Assembly (NCBI GenBank): GCA_009774765.1
Contig: VSOK01000003.1
Location: 1,885 to 65,884 of the forward strand
Source: Bacteroidales bacterium
GTDB taxonomy: Bacteria; Bacteroidota; Bacteroidia; Bacteroidales; UBA932
Length of the DNA stretch: 64,000 nt
Reading direction: 5' to 3'
Part shown: piece after piece, positions 25,984 to 36,817 of the stretch
How positions within the stretch are numbered: the first letter of the stretch is position 1
Layout: every line of letters starts with the position of its first letter
The notes under the pieces: model-generated
The model's database searches: none
The model's input: the letters and a program-made list of their open reading frames with translations, nothing else
Told to the model about the DNA's origin: nothing
Program-made: the position numbers and the translations under genes

Positions 25984-28632
25984 ATGAGTAAATGGACTGG
26001 AAAAATATTGGTTCCTGCAATCCTTGTAGGGATTGCCGCCATCCAATCGTTCGGGATTGATGCCGGCAGGGCTCTATATTTTTTGCCTTGCCAGGATTCC
26101 ACCGCACTTTTCCTGAATCAGGATACCACAGAACATTTCATCACCGACTCCGTAACGTCAGATTACGGCATTCAGGATTCCATACCACCGCTTTCAGCAA
26201 GGGACACTATAGTCGCTCCCGATTCATTGAGGGAGACAGACCCGGTCAGATTCCGGTATTATGTCGAATTGCGCGACTCCGCCACGAGGGCACAGACCCG
26301 TGACTCCCTGATGGCAGCCGCTGATACGGCCGAACTTATGGTGCTGGACTCCCTGTACATAAAAGACTCCACGGACATAGCCAAGGCAGAATTTGACCTG
26401 TGGTACAAATCTCTGACAAGGAAAGAAAGAAAAAAATACGACGCTGAAAAGGCTCTCCCGGCAAAAATAGCAAGAATGGACAGCATTATGCACCGCAAAG
26501 ACAGCCTCAAGGCGGCAAGGGACAGCATAATCGAAGTAACACCAAGAATACTGGAGACATACGCAGTTGCGGATTCCCTGCAATACAAAAGGATACTTAT
26601 GTGGGAACACGAACGCTATTTCAGCAACCTTGAACTGAAGCAGCTGGACACCACATACAATTACCATTTCAATGACTATCCGTTCCTTAAGAATGACGTC
26701 AACGCGTCATATCTCGGAGTAGTCGGGTCAGCTGCACAGAACTACAACTATTTCAAACGCAACGAGGAAGAGAATGTGGTTTTCTACACCCCGTACCAGA
26801 TGTACGGATATACTCCGGAGAACCTCCCTTTCTACAACACAAAGACCCCTTACACGGAACTCGCATATTGGGGGACGCTTTTCGCCAACAAAGAGAAGGA
26901 AGAATCCAACATCAAGATTCTGACGACACAGAACATCCTTCCGGAATGGAATGTGACCGTTGAATATCACCGCTTCGGAAGCAACGGAATGCTCCAGAAC
27001 GAAAGCACGGACAACAGGACATTCACAGCATCAACAAACTATCTCGGCAAACGCTACCTTATGCACGCCGCGTATATCTTCAACCGCGTAAAGAGAAGTG
27101 AAAACGGCGGTATGGTGGACAATTTCTGGATAAGGGACACGACCGTGGACGCAAGGGAAATAAATGTAAACCTGTCCAATGCGAGCAACAAGATCACAAG
27201 GAACACCGTATTTCTCGACCAGTCATACAGAATCCCTTTCAGTTTCATAAACAAGAACGGGACACGCAAGGAAAGACTCCGGGCAAAAGTCTACAGGGAC
27301 AGCATTTTCGCCTCCGGAGACAGCCTGGCTATAGAAAAGCTGCTGTTTGACGAAAGCAGAAAGGAAGAGGAGGCAAGGGACAGCGTCAACAGGAATATAA
27401 CCACCGCATTCATCGGCCACAGTTCGGAATATTCCGTATTCACAAAACTGTATAAAGACCAGATAACCGATGAAAACGGAAAGAACTTCTACAACAACAA
27501 ATTCTATATAAATCCGACTTCAAGCGCGGATTCAATGCGCGTAATGAGACTGGAGAACAGGATATATCTGAGACTCCAGCCGTGGAAAGCGGACGGTATA
27601 GTATCCAAGCTCGATGTAGGAATAGGCGACAAGCTGCTGAACTACTACAGGTTCAACAGCCTTGACTATCTGGCCAAAGGCAGGAATGCAGTTGAAAATT
27701 CCGTATATCTCTACGCCGGTGCCCAGGGGCAGTATAAAAAATACCTCAACTGGGATGCCACCGGACGATACACATTCCTCGGATATGAGGTAAACGATTT
27801 CGGTGTGGACGCGAATGTATCATTCAGGATGTTCCCGTTCAGAAAGGACAGGAACAGTCCTCTTGAACTTAACGCGCATTTCGAGACTACACTGAAGGAG
27901 CCGGACTACTATCAGCAGCATTTTATGTCCAACCATTACAAGTGGGACAATACTTTCAGCAAAATATCCACGACAAAGATTGAAGCCGCACTGGATATTC
28001 CGAGATGGCAGCTTCAGGCTTCGTTCGGATATGCCCTGCTCGGCAACAACATATATTACGGTACAGACGGAACCGTGCAGCAGAATACAACTCCGATGAG
28101 CGTGCTTACAGCGTCACTTATGAAGAATTTCCGCCTGTGGAAATTCCATCTCGACCACAAGGCACTGCTGCAGATATCGTCAAACGAAAGCGTAATGCCG
28201 CTTCCTCTGCTTGCGCTCAACCTGAGATACTACCTCCAGTTCGATGTGGTGAAAAAGGTGATGCAGATGCAGATCGGAGCCGACGGAAGATTCACCACGA
28301 AATGGTATGCTCCGGCATACAACCCTGTGCTCGGCGTCTTCCACAACCAGACTGAGACAAAATACGGAAACTGCCCGGACATAGACCTGTTTGTCAACAT
28401 ACAGTGGAAAAGGGCCTGCATTTTCATAAAAGTCATAAATGTCGGAATGGGATGGCCTAATGACAAGGCCGACTATTTCAGCGCACACCATTATATTCAT
28501 TCACAGAGAGCCATAAAGGTAGGTATTTTCTGGCCATTCTATGTCCAGTCGGGAAGAAATGCGAAAGTCGGAGGGGGCAGCGCAGCCAACAGCGGAGGCA
28601 CAGGCAATCTTCAGACACAACGCCAGCAATGA
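25984..28632 (+). CDS. Putative outer-membrane porin (Bacteroidota putative-porin family)
   Basis: FYNTKTPYTELAY, TQNI, ENGG; aromatic-rich beta strands; C-terminal YFSAHHY...KVGIFWPF. Confidence 0.75.
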   Translation: MSKWTGKILVPAILVGIAAIQSFGIDAGRALYFLPCQDSTALFLNQDTTEHFITDSVTSDYGIQDSIPPLSARDTIVAPDSLRETDPVRFRYYVELRDSATRAQTRDSLMAAADTAELMVLDSLYIKDSTDIAKAEFDLWYKSLTRKERKKYDAEKALPAKIARMDSIMHRKDSLKAARDSIIEVTPRILETYAVADSLQYKRILMWEHERYFSNLELKQLDTTYNYHFNDYPFLKNDVNASYLGVVGSAAQNYNYFKRNEEENVVFYTPYQMYGYTPENLPFYNTKTPYTELAYWGTLFANKEKEESNIKILTTQNILPEWNVTVEYHRFGSNGMLQNESTDNRTFTASTNYLGKRYLMHAAYIFNRVKRSENGGMVDNFWIRDTTVDAREINVNLSNASNKITRNTVFLDQSYRIPFSFINKNGTRKERLRAKVYRDSIFASGDSLAIEKLLFDESRKEEEARDSVNRNITTAFIGHSSEYSVFTKLYKDQITDENGKNFYNNKFYINPTSSADSMRVMRLENRIYLRLQPWKADGIVSKLDVGIGDKLLNYYRFNSLDYLAKGRNAVENSVYLYAGAQGQYKKYLNWDATGRYTFLGYEVNDFGVDANVSFRMFPFRKDRNSPLELNAHFETTLKEPDYYQQHFMSNHYKWDNTFSKISTTKIEAALDIPRWQLQASFGYALLGNNIYYGTDGTVQQNTTPMSVLTASLMKNFRLWKFHLDHKALLQISSNESVMPLPLLALNLRYYLQFDVVKKVMQMQIGADGRFTTKWYAPAYNPVLGVFHNQTETKYGNCPDIDLFVNIQWKRACIFIKVINVGMGWPNDKADYFSAHHYIHSQRAIKVGIFWPFYVQSGRNAKVGGGSAANSGGTGNLQTQRQQ

Positions 28633-29708
28633 AACCCGGGACAAAATCAATAATACGGATAGCAGGCCTGTCGGCAATCCTGCTTCTGCTTGTTCCGGTC
28701 AACGAGCGGAGCAGAATCCTTGAGAAATCGGATTCCTCAACACCTTTCGGAGAAGGCATAATACGCTGTGTCATCGACACGGGGGATGATATGTACGGCA
28801 GGAAAGGGCTGAAAGCCGGTTTCAACTATGAAATGCTTACACGCTTTGCCGAAAGGGAGATGCTCCCGGTAAGGATCAGGGCAGCCCGCAGCGGGGAGAA
28901 CTTAAGAGATTCGCTTATGCTCGGAGCCATAGACATCCTCGTCAGGCAGATATCTGACACCACGGACAATACCGGAATGCACAAATCACGCAATGTGGAC
29001 CATTACTGCGCCTGGTATCTAAGGGAAGACAGGACTGCAGAGCTGAAGGATGTGAACATCTGGCTGGCGACATTCACCAAGAAGCGGGAATACAACGAAA
29101 TCAGAAACAGATTCTACAGCAGCTATGAGCCTTTCAAAAGGCTTGAGCAGGGCACTCTGTCAAGAAGAGTAAGTCCATACGACAACCTTATCAAAAAATA
29201 TGCGGAGTCAATAGGATGGGACTGGAGACTTCTGGCATCTGTCGTATATCAGGAATCAAAATTCTCAATCAATTCAGTTTCAGCACGCGGAGCTACGGGG
29301 CTTATGCAGATACTCCCCTCCACCGCAGCATATTATGGAGTCTATGACCTCATAGATCCGGAAGAGAACCTTAAAGCTGGAACCCAGCATCTCGCGCGGC
29401 TTCAGAAAGCGTTCCCGGAAAACATATTCACAGAGGAAGAACGAATAAACTTCACTCTTGCTGCATACAATGCAGGCGAGGGAAGGATATCGGACTGCAG
29501 GGCATACGCAGGCTCGAAAGATCTCGACACCACAAGATGGGAAGAGATAGTAAAGGTCATCCCTGAAATGAGAAAATACGAGATCACTCTTGAAGACGAC
29601 TCCGTCAAGACAGGACGTTTCAGAGGCACTGAGACAATCAACTATGTACAGAACATCCACAACATTTATGAAGCATTCTGTACAATATCCGGCGAACCGT
29701 CTATCTGA
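28629..29708 (+). CDS. MltF-like lytic transglycosylase (SBP-like + SLT domain)
   Basis: DWRLLASVVYQESKF, GATGLMQI, LAAYNAGEG, ETINYV. Confidence 0.88.
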   Translation: MKPGTKSIIRIAGLSAILLLLVPVNERSRILEKSDSSTPFGEGIIRCVIDTGDDMYGRKGLKAGFNYEMLTRFAEREMLPVRIRAARSGENLRDSLMLGAIDILVRQISDTTDNTGMHKSRNVDHYCAWYLREDRTAELKDVNIWLATFTKKREYNEIRNRFYSSYEPFKRLEQGTLSRRVSPYDNLIKKYAESIGWDWRLLASVVYQESKFSINSVSARGATGLMQILPSTAAYYGVYDLIDPEENLKAGTQHLARLQKAFPENIFTEEERINFTLAAYNAGEGRISDCRAYAGSKDLDTTRWEEIVKVIPEMRKYEITLEDDSVKTGRFRGTETINYVQNIHNIYEAFCTISGEPSI

Positions 29709-30867
29709 CCGAAACAGTCCTGACAGGATCCACTCTGGCGATAAACAGCGACGGTATCAGAAGAAGAAGCATGATTATGCAATATACCGCGGCATCGGCA
29801 AGCAGGATCATAGGCAGATCGATATGCACAGGAACGTATGAAACGAAATAATTGGCCGGATTCAGACTTATCAGACGGGTCGTCCACTGCACAGCGCACA
29901 AAGCAAGAGCAATAAGATTGCCCAGAACCATTCCTTTGAAAACAATCACGGATGAACTTGCAAGGAACACTTTGGCTATTGAACGGTCAGTCATTCCGAG
30001 AGCTTTCAGCAGCCCGATTGTGGAAATATTCTCAAACAGCATTATAAGCAGGCCAGAAATCATATTGAAACCGGCCACTATCGTCATAAGGACCAGAATG
30101 AAAAGCACATTGAAGTCAATAAGGTTCAGCCAGTCAAAAAGCTGCGGATACATTTCCACAGCGGATGATGACACAACCGGCTCTTCATCATCAGATGAAT
30201 CATTGTAGGCGATGAAACCTATTTCATCGGCCATCGCATTCATTCCGGATACAGTCCTGTACCTGTCTTCCAGCATCACCTCCAAAGCGGAGACCTGGCT
30301 CCTGTCCCATCCGTTGACCCTCTGCAGATCAGAAATTCCTGCATATACCACAAGCTTGTCCTTGACATCCAGGATGCCGTCATATACGGACCGGACCTTG
30401 AACTTCCTGACCCTGACATTTTCTCCCACGAAATAAGTCAGCATATCATCACCTTCACGCAGTCCCATCATAGAAGCAAGCGCGGAAGGGATCGACACTC
30501 CGAGAGTCCCGAGAGAATCCCCCTGCTCCGTACCTTTGAGTATGACACCGTGTATATTTTCACCGTGTTTTACTATTCCGGCCCTATAGACAACAGGAAC
30601 AATGGATTTCACTCCTGGCAGAGATGAGATATGGGCAAGATACGAAGGATTCCTTTCTACAGGGGAACTGTCACCCACAGGGTTCATATCAACAGGAGTA
30701 AGCCGTACATCACCTGAAAAAGAAGACAGACCGTCCCGGATTTCATTCCTGAACCCGGAAGAAACGGCCACAGCCACTATCACCACAAGAAAACTGACAG
30801 TGATACACAGAGCTGCGACTTTCCCTTTGAACCTGAGCCGTTTGGCTATAAACAACGAAACATCCAT
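29701..30867 (-). CDS. LolC/E-like ABC transporter permease (FtsX family)
   Basis: LFIAKRL, SGFRNEI, VAGFNMISGLL, IGLLKALG, LNPANYFV. Confidence 0.85.
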   Translation of the reverse strand: MDVSLFIAKRLRFKGKVAALCITVSFLVVIVAVAVSSGFRNEIRDGLSSFSGDVRLTPVDMNPVGDSSPVERNPSYLAHISSLPGVKSIVPVVYRAGIVKHGENIHGVILKGTEQGDSLGTLGVSIPSALASMMGLREGDDMLTYFVGENVRVRKFKVRSVYDGILDVKDKLVVYAGISDLQRVNGWDRSQVSALEVMLEDRYRTVSGMNAMADEIGFIAYNDSSDDEEPVVSSSAVEMYPQLFDWLNLIDFNVLFILVLMTIVAGFNMISGLLIMLFENISTIGLLKALGMTDRSIAKVFLASSSVIVFKGMVLGNLIALALCAVQWTTRLISLNPANYFVSYVPVHIDLPMILLADAAVYCIIMLLLLIPSLFIARVDPVRTVSVR

Positions 30868-30985
30868 ATAGTCCGGAAGAATTTCTGAGCGTGTAAAGGT
30901 ACGCATTTTCATACGATTCCGGCAAAAAGCCGCATTTATTTCGGGAAAAATCCGCATCTTTGCAGACTTTTAACTTTTTTCAGAT

Positions 30986-31669
30986 ATGAAAAACACATAC
31001 AAAAATATCATAATAAGATATTCAGTCGCGACCGCAGGACTGGTACTTGTCGCCATCGGAGTCGCATTGTCAATCATTTCCGATCTTGGAACATCACCGA
31101 TATCATGCCTTCCTTACGTTCTGTCATTGTGGGGAGGGCTCACGGTTGGAGAATTCACGGCACTGATGCACCTGTTCTTCATAATCCTGCAGATAATCCT
31201 GCTGAGAAGAAGATTCAGGATGGAAAACCTTATGCAGATCCTGGCCGCCGTAGTATTCGGAGGACTTACAGACCTTGCGATATGGGGCACTTCCTGGATT
31301 GTCGCCGCTACATACACAGGAAAAGCATCCCTTATGCTGCTGTCCATCGTGATAACGGCAGCAGGAATCAGCATTGAAGTACGAGCACACGCCTGGATGC
31401 TTGCAGGAGAGATGACAGTTGCAGCCATATCAGACGTTACCGGATATAAATTCAGAAATGTCAAGATAATATTCGATGTGGTCCTCGTGGCGATTTCAGC
31501 CATAACTGCGTATATCATATTCAGAAATCCGATCGGCAACGGCACTGAAGTGGTCATAAGGGAAGGCACGCTCGCATCCGCCCTCCTGACAGGACTGTTC
31601 ATGAAATTCATCGATCCTGTTACAGAAAAGATATTCGGCGGAATAATCGACAGGTATCAGGACAGATGA
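30986..31669 (+). CDS. YczE/YitT-like membrane protein
   Basis: LGTSPISCLPYVLS, KIIFDV, IREGT motifs. Confidence 0.8.
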   Translation: MKNTYKNIIIRYSVATAGLVLVAIGVALSIISDLGTSPISCLPYVLSLWGGLTVGEFTALMHLFFIILQIILLRRRFRMENLMQILAAVVFGGLTDLAIWGTSWIVAATYTGKASLMLLSIVITAAGISIEVRAHAWMLAGEMTVAAISDVTGYKFRNVKIIFDVVLVAISAITAYIIFRNPIGNGTEVVIREGTLASALLTGLFMKFIDPVTEKIFGGIIDRYQDR

Positions 31670-32625
31670 GCCCCATCAGATTCATAAAAGACTGGATGCT
31701 TCCACTGTCTATGACAAGCGGAGTCCTTATATATCTGATTTACATCAACATACCGGTTCTCGCCCCTGCCGGGCCATACCTGCACAGGACTGTGACCATA
31801 CTACAGCCGCTGCTTCTGTTCATTATGCTTTTTCTGACATTCTGCCGTATAACCCCCAAAGATATAAGGCCGAGGAAATGGCATAGAGGACTGTTGCTTT
31901 TCCAGTCATCCATATTTGTCGGACTTGCCGTGCTCCTTAGACTTCTGCCGGACTTTCACGGAAGCGTACTGATTGAAAGCGCGATGCTCTGCATAATATG
32001 TCCGACCGCCACTGCGGCAGCCGTCGTGACAGGCAGGCTCGGAGGCGATATTTCAGGACTGACGGCATATATAATCCTGATAAACCTGACGGCCGCCATA
32101 CTCGTGCCGGCATTCGTACCGATAGTCCATCCTGTGGAGGGAATTACATTCTTTACAGCTTTCAGTATGATTATGGCAAAGGTCTTCCCGCTGCTGATAT
32201 GCCCATGTCTGCTTGCATGGATAGTAAGATACCTTATGCCGAAACTCCACCGCAGAATAATGAGGTACGACAATCTGGCATTCTACATCTGGGGATTCAG
32301 CCTCATGCTGGCGATCCTGATGACCACCCGCTCGATAGTGCACAGCACAGTACCTGTCATATATATGATAGGAATAGCAGCCGTATCACTGGTATGCTGC
32401 GTCATACAGTTCTGGACAGGACGGAAAATCGGAAAACTTTACGGGGCGCATATCACCGCAGGACAGTCGCTCGGGCAGAAGAACACCGTATTCGCAATCT
32501 GGATGGGATACACATTCATGACCCCTGTAACTTCAATTGCAGGAGGATTCTACAGCATCTGGCACAACGCCTACAATTCCTGGCAGCTGTACAGGAAAAG
32601 GAAAGAAAAACAGGAAAGCCTATAA
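31666..32625 (+). CDS. Bile acid:sodium symporter-like transporter
   Basis: CPTATAAAVVTGRLGG, GQSLGQKNTVFAIW; many TMs. Confidence 0.8.
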   Translation: MSPIRFIKDWMLPLSMTSGVLIYLIYINIPVLAPAGPYLHRTVTILQPLLLFIMLFLTFCRITPKDIRPRKWHRGLLLFQSSIFVGLAVLLRLLPDFHGSVLIESAMLCIICPTATAAAVVTGRLGGDISGLTAYIILINLTAAILVPAFVPIVHPVEGITFFTAFSMIMAKVFPLLICPCLLAWIVRYLMPKLHRRIMRYDNLAFYIWGFSLMLAILMTTRSIVHSTVPVIYMIGIAAVSLVCCVIQFWTGRKIGKLYGAHITAGQSLGQKNTVFAIWMGYTFMTPVTSIAGGFYSIWHNAYNSWQLYRKRKEKQESL

Positions 32626-33561
32626 AAGATCAAGCCGTGTCTGGGCAGACATCCTCTCAGTCTCGTCAGGAGTACATCTGACAAGCATAGGAAGGTATTT
32701 CTTCTCCAGCTTAAGATTCTTCTGACGTCGGCTCAGAAGTACGCAGTTCTTTATTGCAGTATAGTCGTCAGGATTGATTTTCAATACCTTGTTGTAATAT
32801 TTCAGAGCCTTTTTGTAGTCTTTCTGAGCTACAAGATAATAGGAGCCTATATTTGAGAGAAAGACCGTGGAATTCGGATTCACAGCAAGCATCTTCTCGG
32901 AAAGGGCCTTGAATGTCTCGTACGATGAATCGGAAGCGATATTGTAGAATACAAATCCGTATTCCTGCACAGCACCTTCAAAGAACTCGTCATCCACATC
33001 TTCTTCCCCGAACTTCCATCCATCCTTTGAAGCATAGTAATCATCGATTATACCGCTCAGACAGGCGAATGCCATATCCGGACTCTCCTTCTCGTATGCA
33101 GTCAGAGCGGCCGCCTTCATAAACCGTATGTCAAGGGCTTTCGGGAACAGGCTTATCGCCTTGTCGAGATTTTTCAGCGCGATGGAGAAAAGCGAATCAT
33201 CATAATTCGTCTCTTCAAAATAATTTATCTCGGCTCCTGTGGAGTCCTTCAATGCAAAAAGCGGCTCATTCCCGAGATAGCGTCTTCCGGGCTTCTGCAC
33301 CACTGCACTGGACTGCGATTTGGTAAGGTAATAGCTATATTTGGCAAGCAGCAGCTTGCGGTTGTCCGGATCAACCTGTTCCCAGTTGTCAAGTACGGTC
33401 TCGACACCGACCCCTGCATACCCGAGCTTTGAAACAAGCATATCATACTTCTGGGCGAATTTGTCGGAAGCTCCGGATATATCCTGACCGTCCTGCGCAT
33501 ACGACACCGCGAAGGCGCAGCATGCAAGCAGCGTAAAAATCATCTTTTTCATATCATTCAT
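32620..33561 (-). CDS. Exported TPR-repeat protein
   Basis: Signal peptide ..SYA-Q; TPR-like LSNIGSYY...KALKYYNKVLKINP. Confidence 0.75.
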   Translation of the reverse strand: MNDMKKMIFTLLACCAFAVSYAQDGQDISGASDKFAQKYDMLVSKLGYAGVGVETVLDNWEQVDPDNRKLLLAKYSYYLTKSQSSAVVQKPGRRYLGNEPLFALKDSTGAEINYFEETNYDDSLFSIALKNLDKAISLFPKALDIRFMKAAALTAYEKESPDMAFACLSGIIDDYYASKDGWKFGEEDVDDEFFEGAVQEYGFVFYNIASDSSYETFKALSEKMLAVNPNSTVFLSNIGSYYLVAQKDYKKALKYYNKVLKINPDDYTAIKNCVLLSRRQKNLKLEKKYLPMLVRCTPDETERMSAQTRLDLL

Positions 33562-34931
33562 TGTATACTCATTCTTATTCTTCTGTTCTGCGGATGAAGA
33601 TTATTGCATCTTGACCCGAGATTCTTGACAAATCCGAGAGACAGCCCGTTATAGCAGACCCTGAGATATCCCTTAGGGGCATCAGGCAGGACTATAGTAT
33701 CCCTGTGCAGGAATGCCAGCGCAGTCTTAAGGTCAAGTTCCGCGGCAGGAAATGCCTCACCGTCAAGAATAGCGGTCAAGGCCATATCGGCAGAAGGGAC
33801 CAGATCCTTTCCCTTCATCTCCCCTACCGCGCATCCCGTCCTGATAGGACGGACAGCTTCACTGACAAAATCAATCTCATCAGCAATGACTTCAGGACAT
33901 ACAACCTCAAGATTCCCGGCCTGTCTTATAGATACCGGAACTGAAAAAAGATTTTCAATCCCCTTATATGCACCCTTCTGCTTTCTCCCTACGGATGAAT
34001 TTCTCTTCATACGCAATACGTCCGTCTCCCCGTTCTTGAGAACAGCGGCACAATACTGTCCTTCTCCAGGGACAAAACCGGGAACAAGAGCGTATCCGCA
34101 GTCCGTCTTTATGACTCCTGGAAAATCCAGATCAGTCATCAACGGCACGGAATCGAAATTCTCTGAAATCCAACTGATATTCATATCGTTCTCATACCTG
34201 TTGAACGTACAGGTGGAATAAATCAGCACCCCGTCACCGCATAGTGCCGGCCAGATGTCCGCTACAATCCTCCTCTGCCTCGAGCTGCACAGGTCCACAT
34301 TATCCTTCGACCATTGCGCCACAGCCTGTTCATCCTTTCTGAACATACCTTCACCCGAACACGGCATATCCGCTACAATTATATCAAAATAGCCTTTAAG
34401 ACGGGCAAAGGCAGCCGGATCGGCATTCGTCACAACAACATTGGGGTCACCCCACAAAGCCACATTGTCCGCAAGTACGCCCGCTCTGGCCTTCATCACC
34501 TCGTTCGAGACAAGTATGAAGGAATCATCGCATAAAAGACGCAGAGAAGCGGCAAGGTCAGTCGTCTTTCCTCCAGGAGCCGCACAAAGGTCAAGAACCC
34601 TCAATGGGCGGCCAAGCCCTGAAAATCTACCGGCTGCAACCCTACGGAACATTTCTCCGACAAACATAGAAGATGAATCCTGTACATAGTACGCCCCGCA
34701 GTGCAGCAGAGGATCAAGAGTAAATACAGGACGCCTGTCCAGCAGGAATCCGTAACGGCTCCACGGGACCTCCTCAAGCCCGCATCCGAAATGCGTGGCA
34801 GAAGACAGCTTGGAAGGGTTCAGACGTACTGATACGGAAGCCGGCTCATCAAATGCCGAGAAAGCGACAGCCGCCTTTTCAGCCCCTATCGCTTCCTCAA
34901 GATATTCTTTGAAACATTTGTCTATATTCAT
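33558..34931 (-). CDS. rsmF: rRNA cytosine-C5 methyltransferase (RsmF/NOL1/NOP2/Sun family)
   Basis: YYVQDSSSM, LDLCAAPGGKT, DMPCSGEGMFRK, YSTCTFN. Confidence 0.88.
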   Translation of the reverse strand: MNIDKCFKEYLEEAIGAEKAAVAFSAFDEPASVSVRLNPSKLSSATHFGCGLEEVPWSRYGFLLDRRPVFTLDPLLHCGAYYVQDSSSMFVGEMFRRVAAGRFSGLGRPLRVLDLCAAPGGKTTDLAASLRLLCDDSFILVSNEVMKARAGVLADNVALWGDPNVVVTNADPAAFARLKGYFDIIVADMPCSGEGMFRKDEQAVAQWSKDNVDLCSSRQRRIVADIWPALCGDGVLIYSTCTFNRYENDMNISWISENFDSVPLMTDLDFPGVIKTDCGYALVPGFVPGEGQYCAAVLKNGETDVLRMKRNSSVGRKQKGAYKGIENLFSVPVSIRQAGNLEVVCPEVIADEIDFVSEAVRPIRTGCAVGEMKGKDLVPSADMALTAILDGEAFPAAELDLKTALAFLHRDTIVLPDAPKGYLRVCYNGLSLGFVKNLGSRCNNLHPQNRRIRMSIQ

Positions 34932-35386
34932 TTCCCGAATCCTTCCGGATACATTGAAGGGTCTATCCCCTCGGGCATCCTTCCTTCCGAGACCGCCGCA
35001 AGTCCGTCCACCATCCTGTCAAGACCTTCCTGCAGTTTCGAGCCGAGCATCATCTTCATCATAAGATTCAGGTCAGCCGACAGCTCAATCGAAAAATCCG
35101 TCTTGTCAGGCTCCCCGGTGGAGTCGAAGTGCATTGATACGGTAAAATTGAACGGTGCTCCATTGTCGACAAAATCAATCCTCGAATACGGGACCCTTTC
35201 AGATATCCTCACCCCGATATTGAATCCCTGCACGACAGCGGTTATAGTGTCATAATCAGCCGTAATCCCCTGCCTTTTGTCCTCCGGGACAAACTGCAGA
35301 AAGTTCCGCATATCCACAAACGCCATATAAAGCATATACGGAGCTTTCGAGACGACAGCGTGCTTGCTTTTGATTTCAGTCCTCAT
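34928..35386 (-). CDS. Conserved hypothetical protein (SRPBCC-like)
   Basis: Operon position after pyrE; C-terminal ADLNLMMKMMLGSKLQEGLDRM helix. Confidence 0.65.
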   Translation of the reverse strand: MRTEIKSKHAVVSKAPYMLYMAFVDMRNFLQFVPEDKRQGITADYDTITAVVQGFNIGVRISERVPYSRIDFVDNGAPFNFTVSMHFDSTGEPDKTDFSIELSADLNLMMKMMLGSKLQEGLDRMVDGLAAVSEGRMPEGIDPSMYPEGFGK

Positions 35387-35398
35387 AACTCCCGTCCG

Positions 35399-36034
35399 TT
35401 ACTCCTGTCCCCAAGTAGAAGGGGAATATCTCCACTCCTTGAGAAGTCCTATATCCGAGTCCTTTATATATCCTGTCTCACTTGCGACCTCCACAAGGGC
35501 ATCATAGTTGGTCAGGGTGTTCAGTTCGACATTTGCATTCTCGAATGCACGTCTTGAAACATTGAAATTGTATGAGAATATGGCTACCATACCCATAACC
35601 TCAGCACCCGACTTGTTGAGCGCGTCAACCGCCGCAAGGCTGCTCATTCCAGTAGAGATGAGATCCTCCACCACAACGACTTTGGACCCTTCAGCCAGGA
35701 TGCCTTCAATCTGCGAACCTGTACCGTGGTCCTTCGGCTTAGGTCTTACGTATATGAAAGGTTTTCCGAGGAAATGCGCAATCAGCATTCCGTGCGCTAT
35801 AGCACCCGTAGCCACACCGGCTATGACATCAGCGTCAGGATACCTGCTGTTGATATTGTCAGCCATCCATCTGCACACCTGTTCACGCAGCTGCGGGTAT
35901 GAAAGTATCCTTCTGTTATCGCAATATATAGGCGAACGCCATCCTGAAGCCCAGGTGAACGGATTGTCCGGACGAAGCATCACGGCCTTTATTTCAAGCA
36001 GTGATTTTGCCACTGTTCTCTCTATTGATTCCAT
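35399..36034 (-). CDS. pyrE: Orotate phosphoribosyltransferase
   Basis: FTWASGWRSPIYCDNR, VRPKPKDHG, VVVEDLISTGMS. Confidence 0.95.
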   Translation of the reverse strand: MESIERTVAKSLLEIKAVMLRPDNPFTWASGWRSPIYCDNRRILSYPQLREQVCRWMADNINSRYPDADVIAGVATGAIAHGMLIAHFLGKPFIYVRPKPKDHGTGSQIEGILAEGSKVVVVEDLISTGMSSLAAVDALNKSGAEVMGMVAIFSYNFNVSRRAFENANVELNTLTNYDALVEVASETGYIKDSDIGLLKEWRYSPSTWGQE

Positions 36035-36067
36035 AAATTTATTGGTTAATAATTCATATCTTCTGCC

Positions 36068-36094
36068 TATCTTTGCAGGCATCTTGCAAAGATA
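36068..36094. promoter_or_regulatory. Inverted pair of -7 boxes for divergent pyrE and NUDIX genes
   Basis: TATCTTTGCA-N7-TGCAAAGATA. Confidence 0.6.
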
Positions 36095-36114
36095 ATAAAA
36101 TAAATTGTATTTAT

Positions 36115-36726
36115 ATGCACAGGATATACTTCGAAAAGAGATGTATAATTATCTGTCAGCCACACGAGCAGGCACTGACCGACCCCAATGCCGTACAGTT
36201 CTGCCCAGGAGACAGGATAGACCTCCATACCCTCGTCGGGATGTTCGAAACTTCAGACAGCCTGCGCAGAATATATATACCTACATGCGACACGGAGACT
36301 GCATATAAAAGAATCTGCTCCGAATTTGTAGAAGTGAATGCAGGAGGAGGACTCGTATCCAACAGAAGAGGCGACTTTCTTCTCATAAGGCGCAACGGAC
36401 TATGGGACCTGCCCAAAGGGCACCAGGAGGCCGGGGAAGACATCAGCACCACGGCATTGAGGGAAGTGCAGGAGGAGACGGGAATAAACCTTCTCGAGCT
36501 CAAGGACCTTATCTGCATCACAGACCACTGCTACAGACGCGACGGCAAATGGCATCTGAAACACACATACTGGTACAATATGCTGTACAATGACCCTACA
36601 GACCTGACGCCCCAGAAAGAGGAGGACATATCCAAGGCCGCATGGGTCGCCAAATCAAGCCTGCCTCCTTTTCTGCACAATACATTTCCGTCCATCGTGG
36701 AGGTTTTCAGGGAGGCAAAAGTATAA
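36115..36726 (+). CDS. NUDIX hydrolase
   Basis: WDLPKGHQEAGEDISTTALREVQEETG Nudix box. Confidence 0.92.
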   Translation: MHRIYFEKRCIIICQPHEQALTDPNAVQFCPGDRIDLHTLVGMFETSDSLRRIYIPTCDTETAYKRICSEFVEVNAGGGLVSNRRGDFLLIRRNGLWDLPKGHQEAGEDISTTALREVQEETGINLLELKDLICITDHCYRRDGKWHLKHTYWYNMLYNDPTDLTPQKEEDISKAAWVAKSSLPPFLHNTFPSIVEVFREAKV

Positions 36727-36817
36727 TTTTCACAAAATTTCAGGCAGAGTGAAACAAATTGCAGAAAAAACCGTATAATGTTATGTACTGTCTAAACCAA
36801 AAAGAAGTTATTGCATT

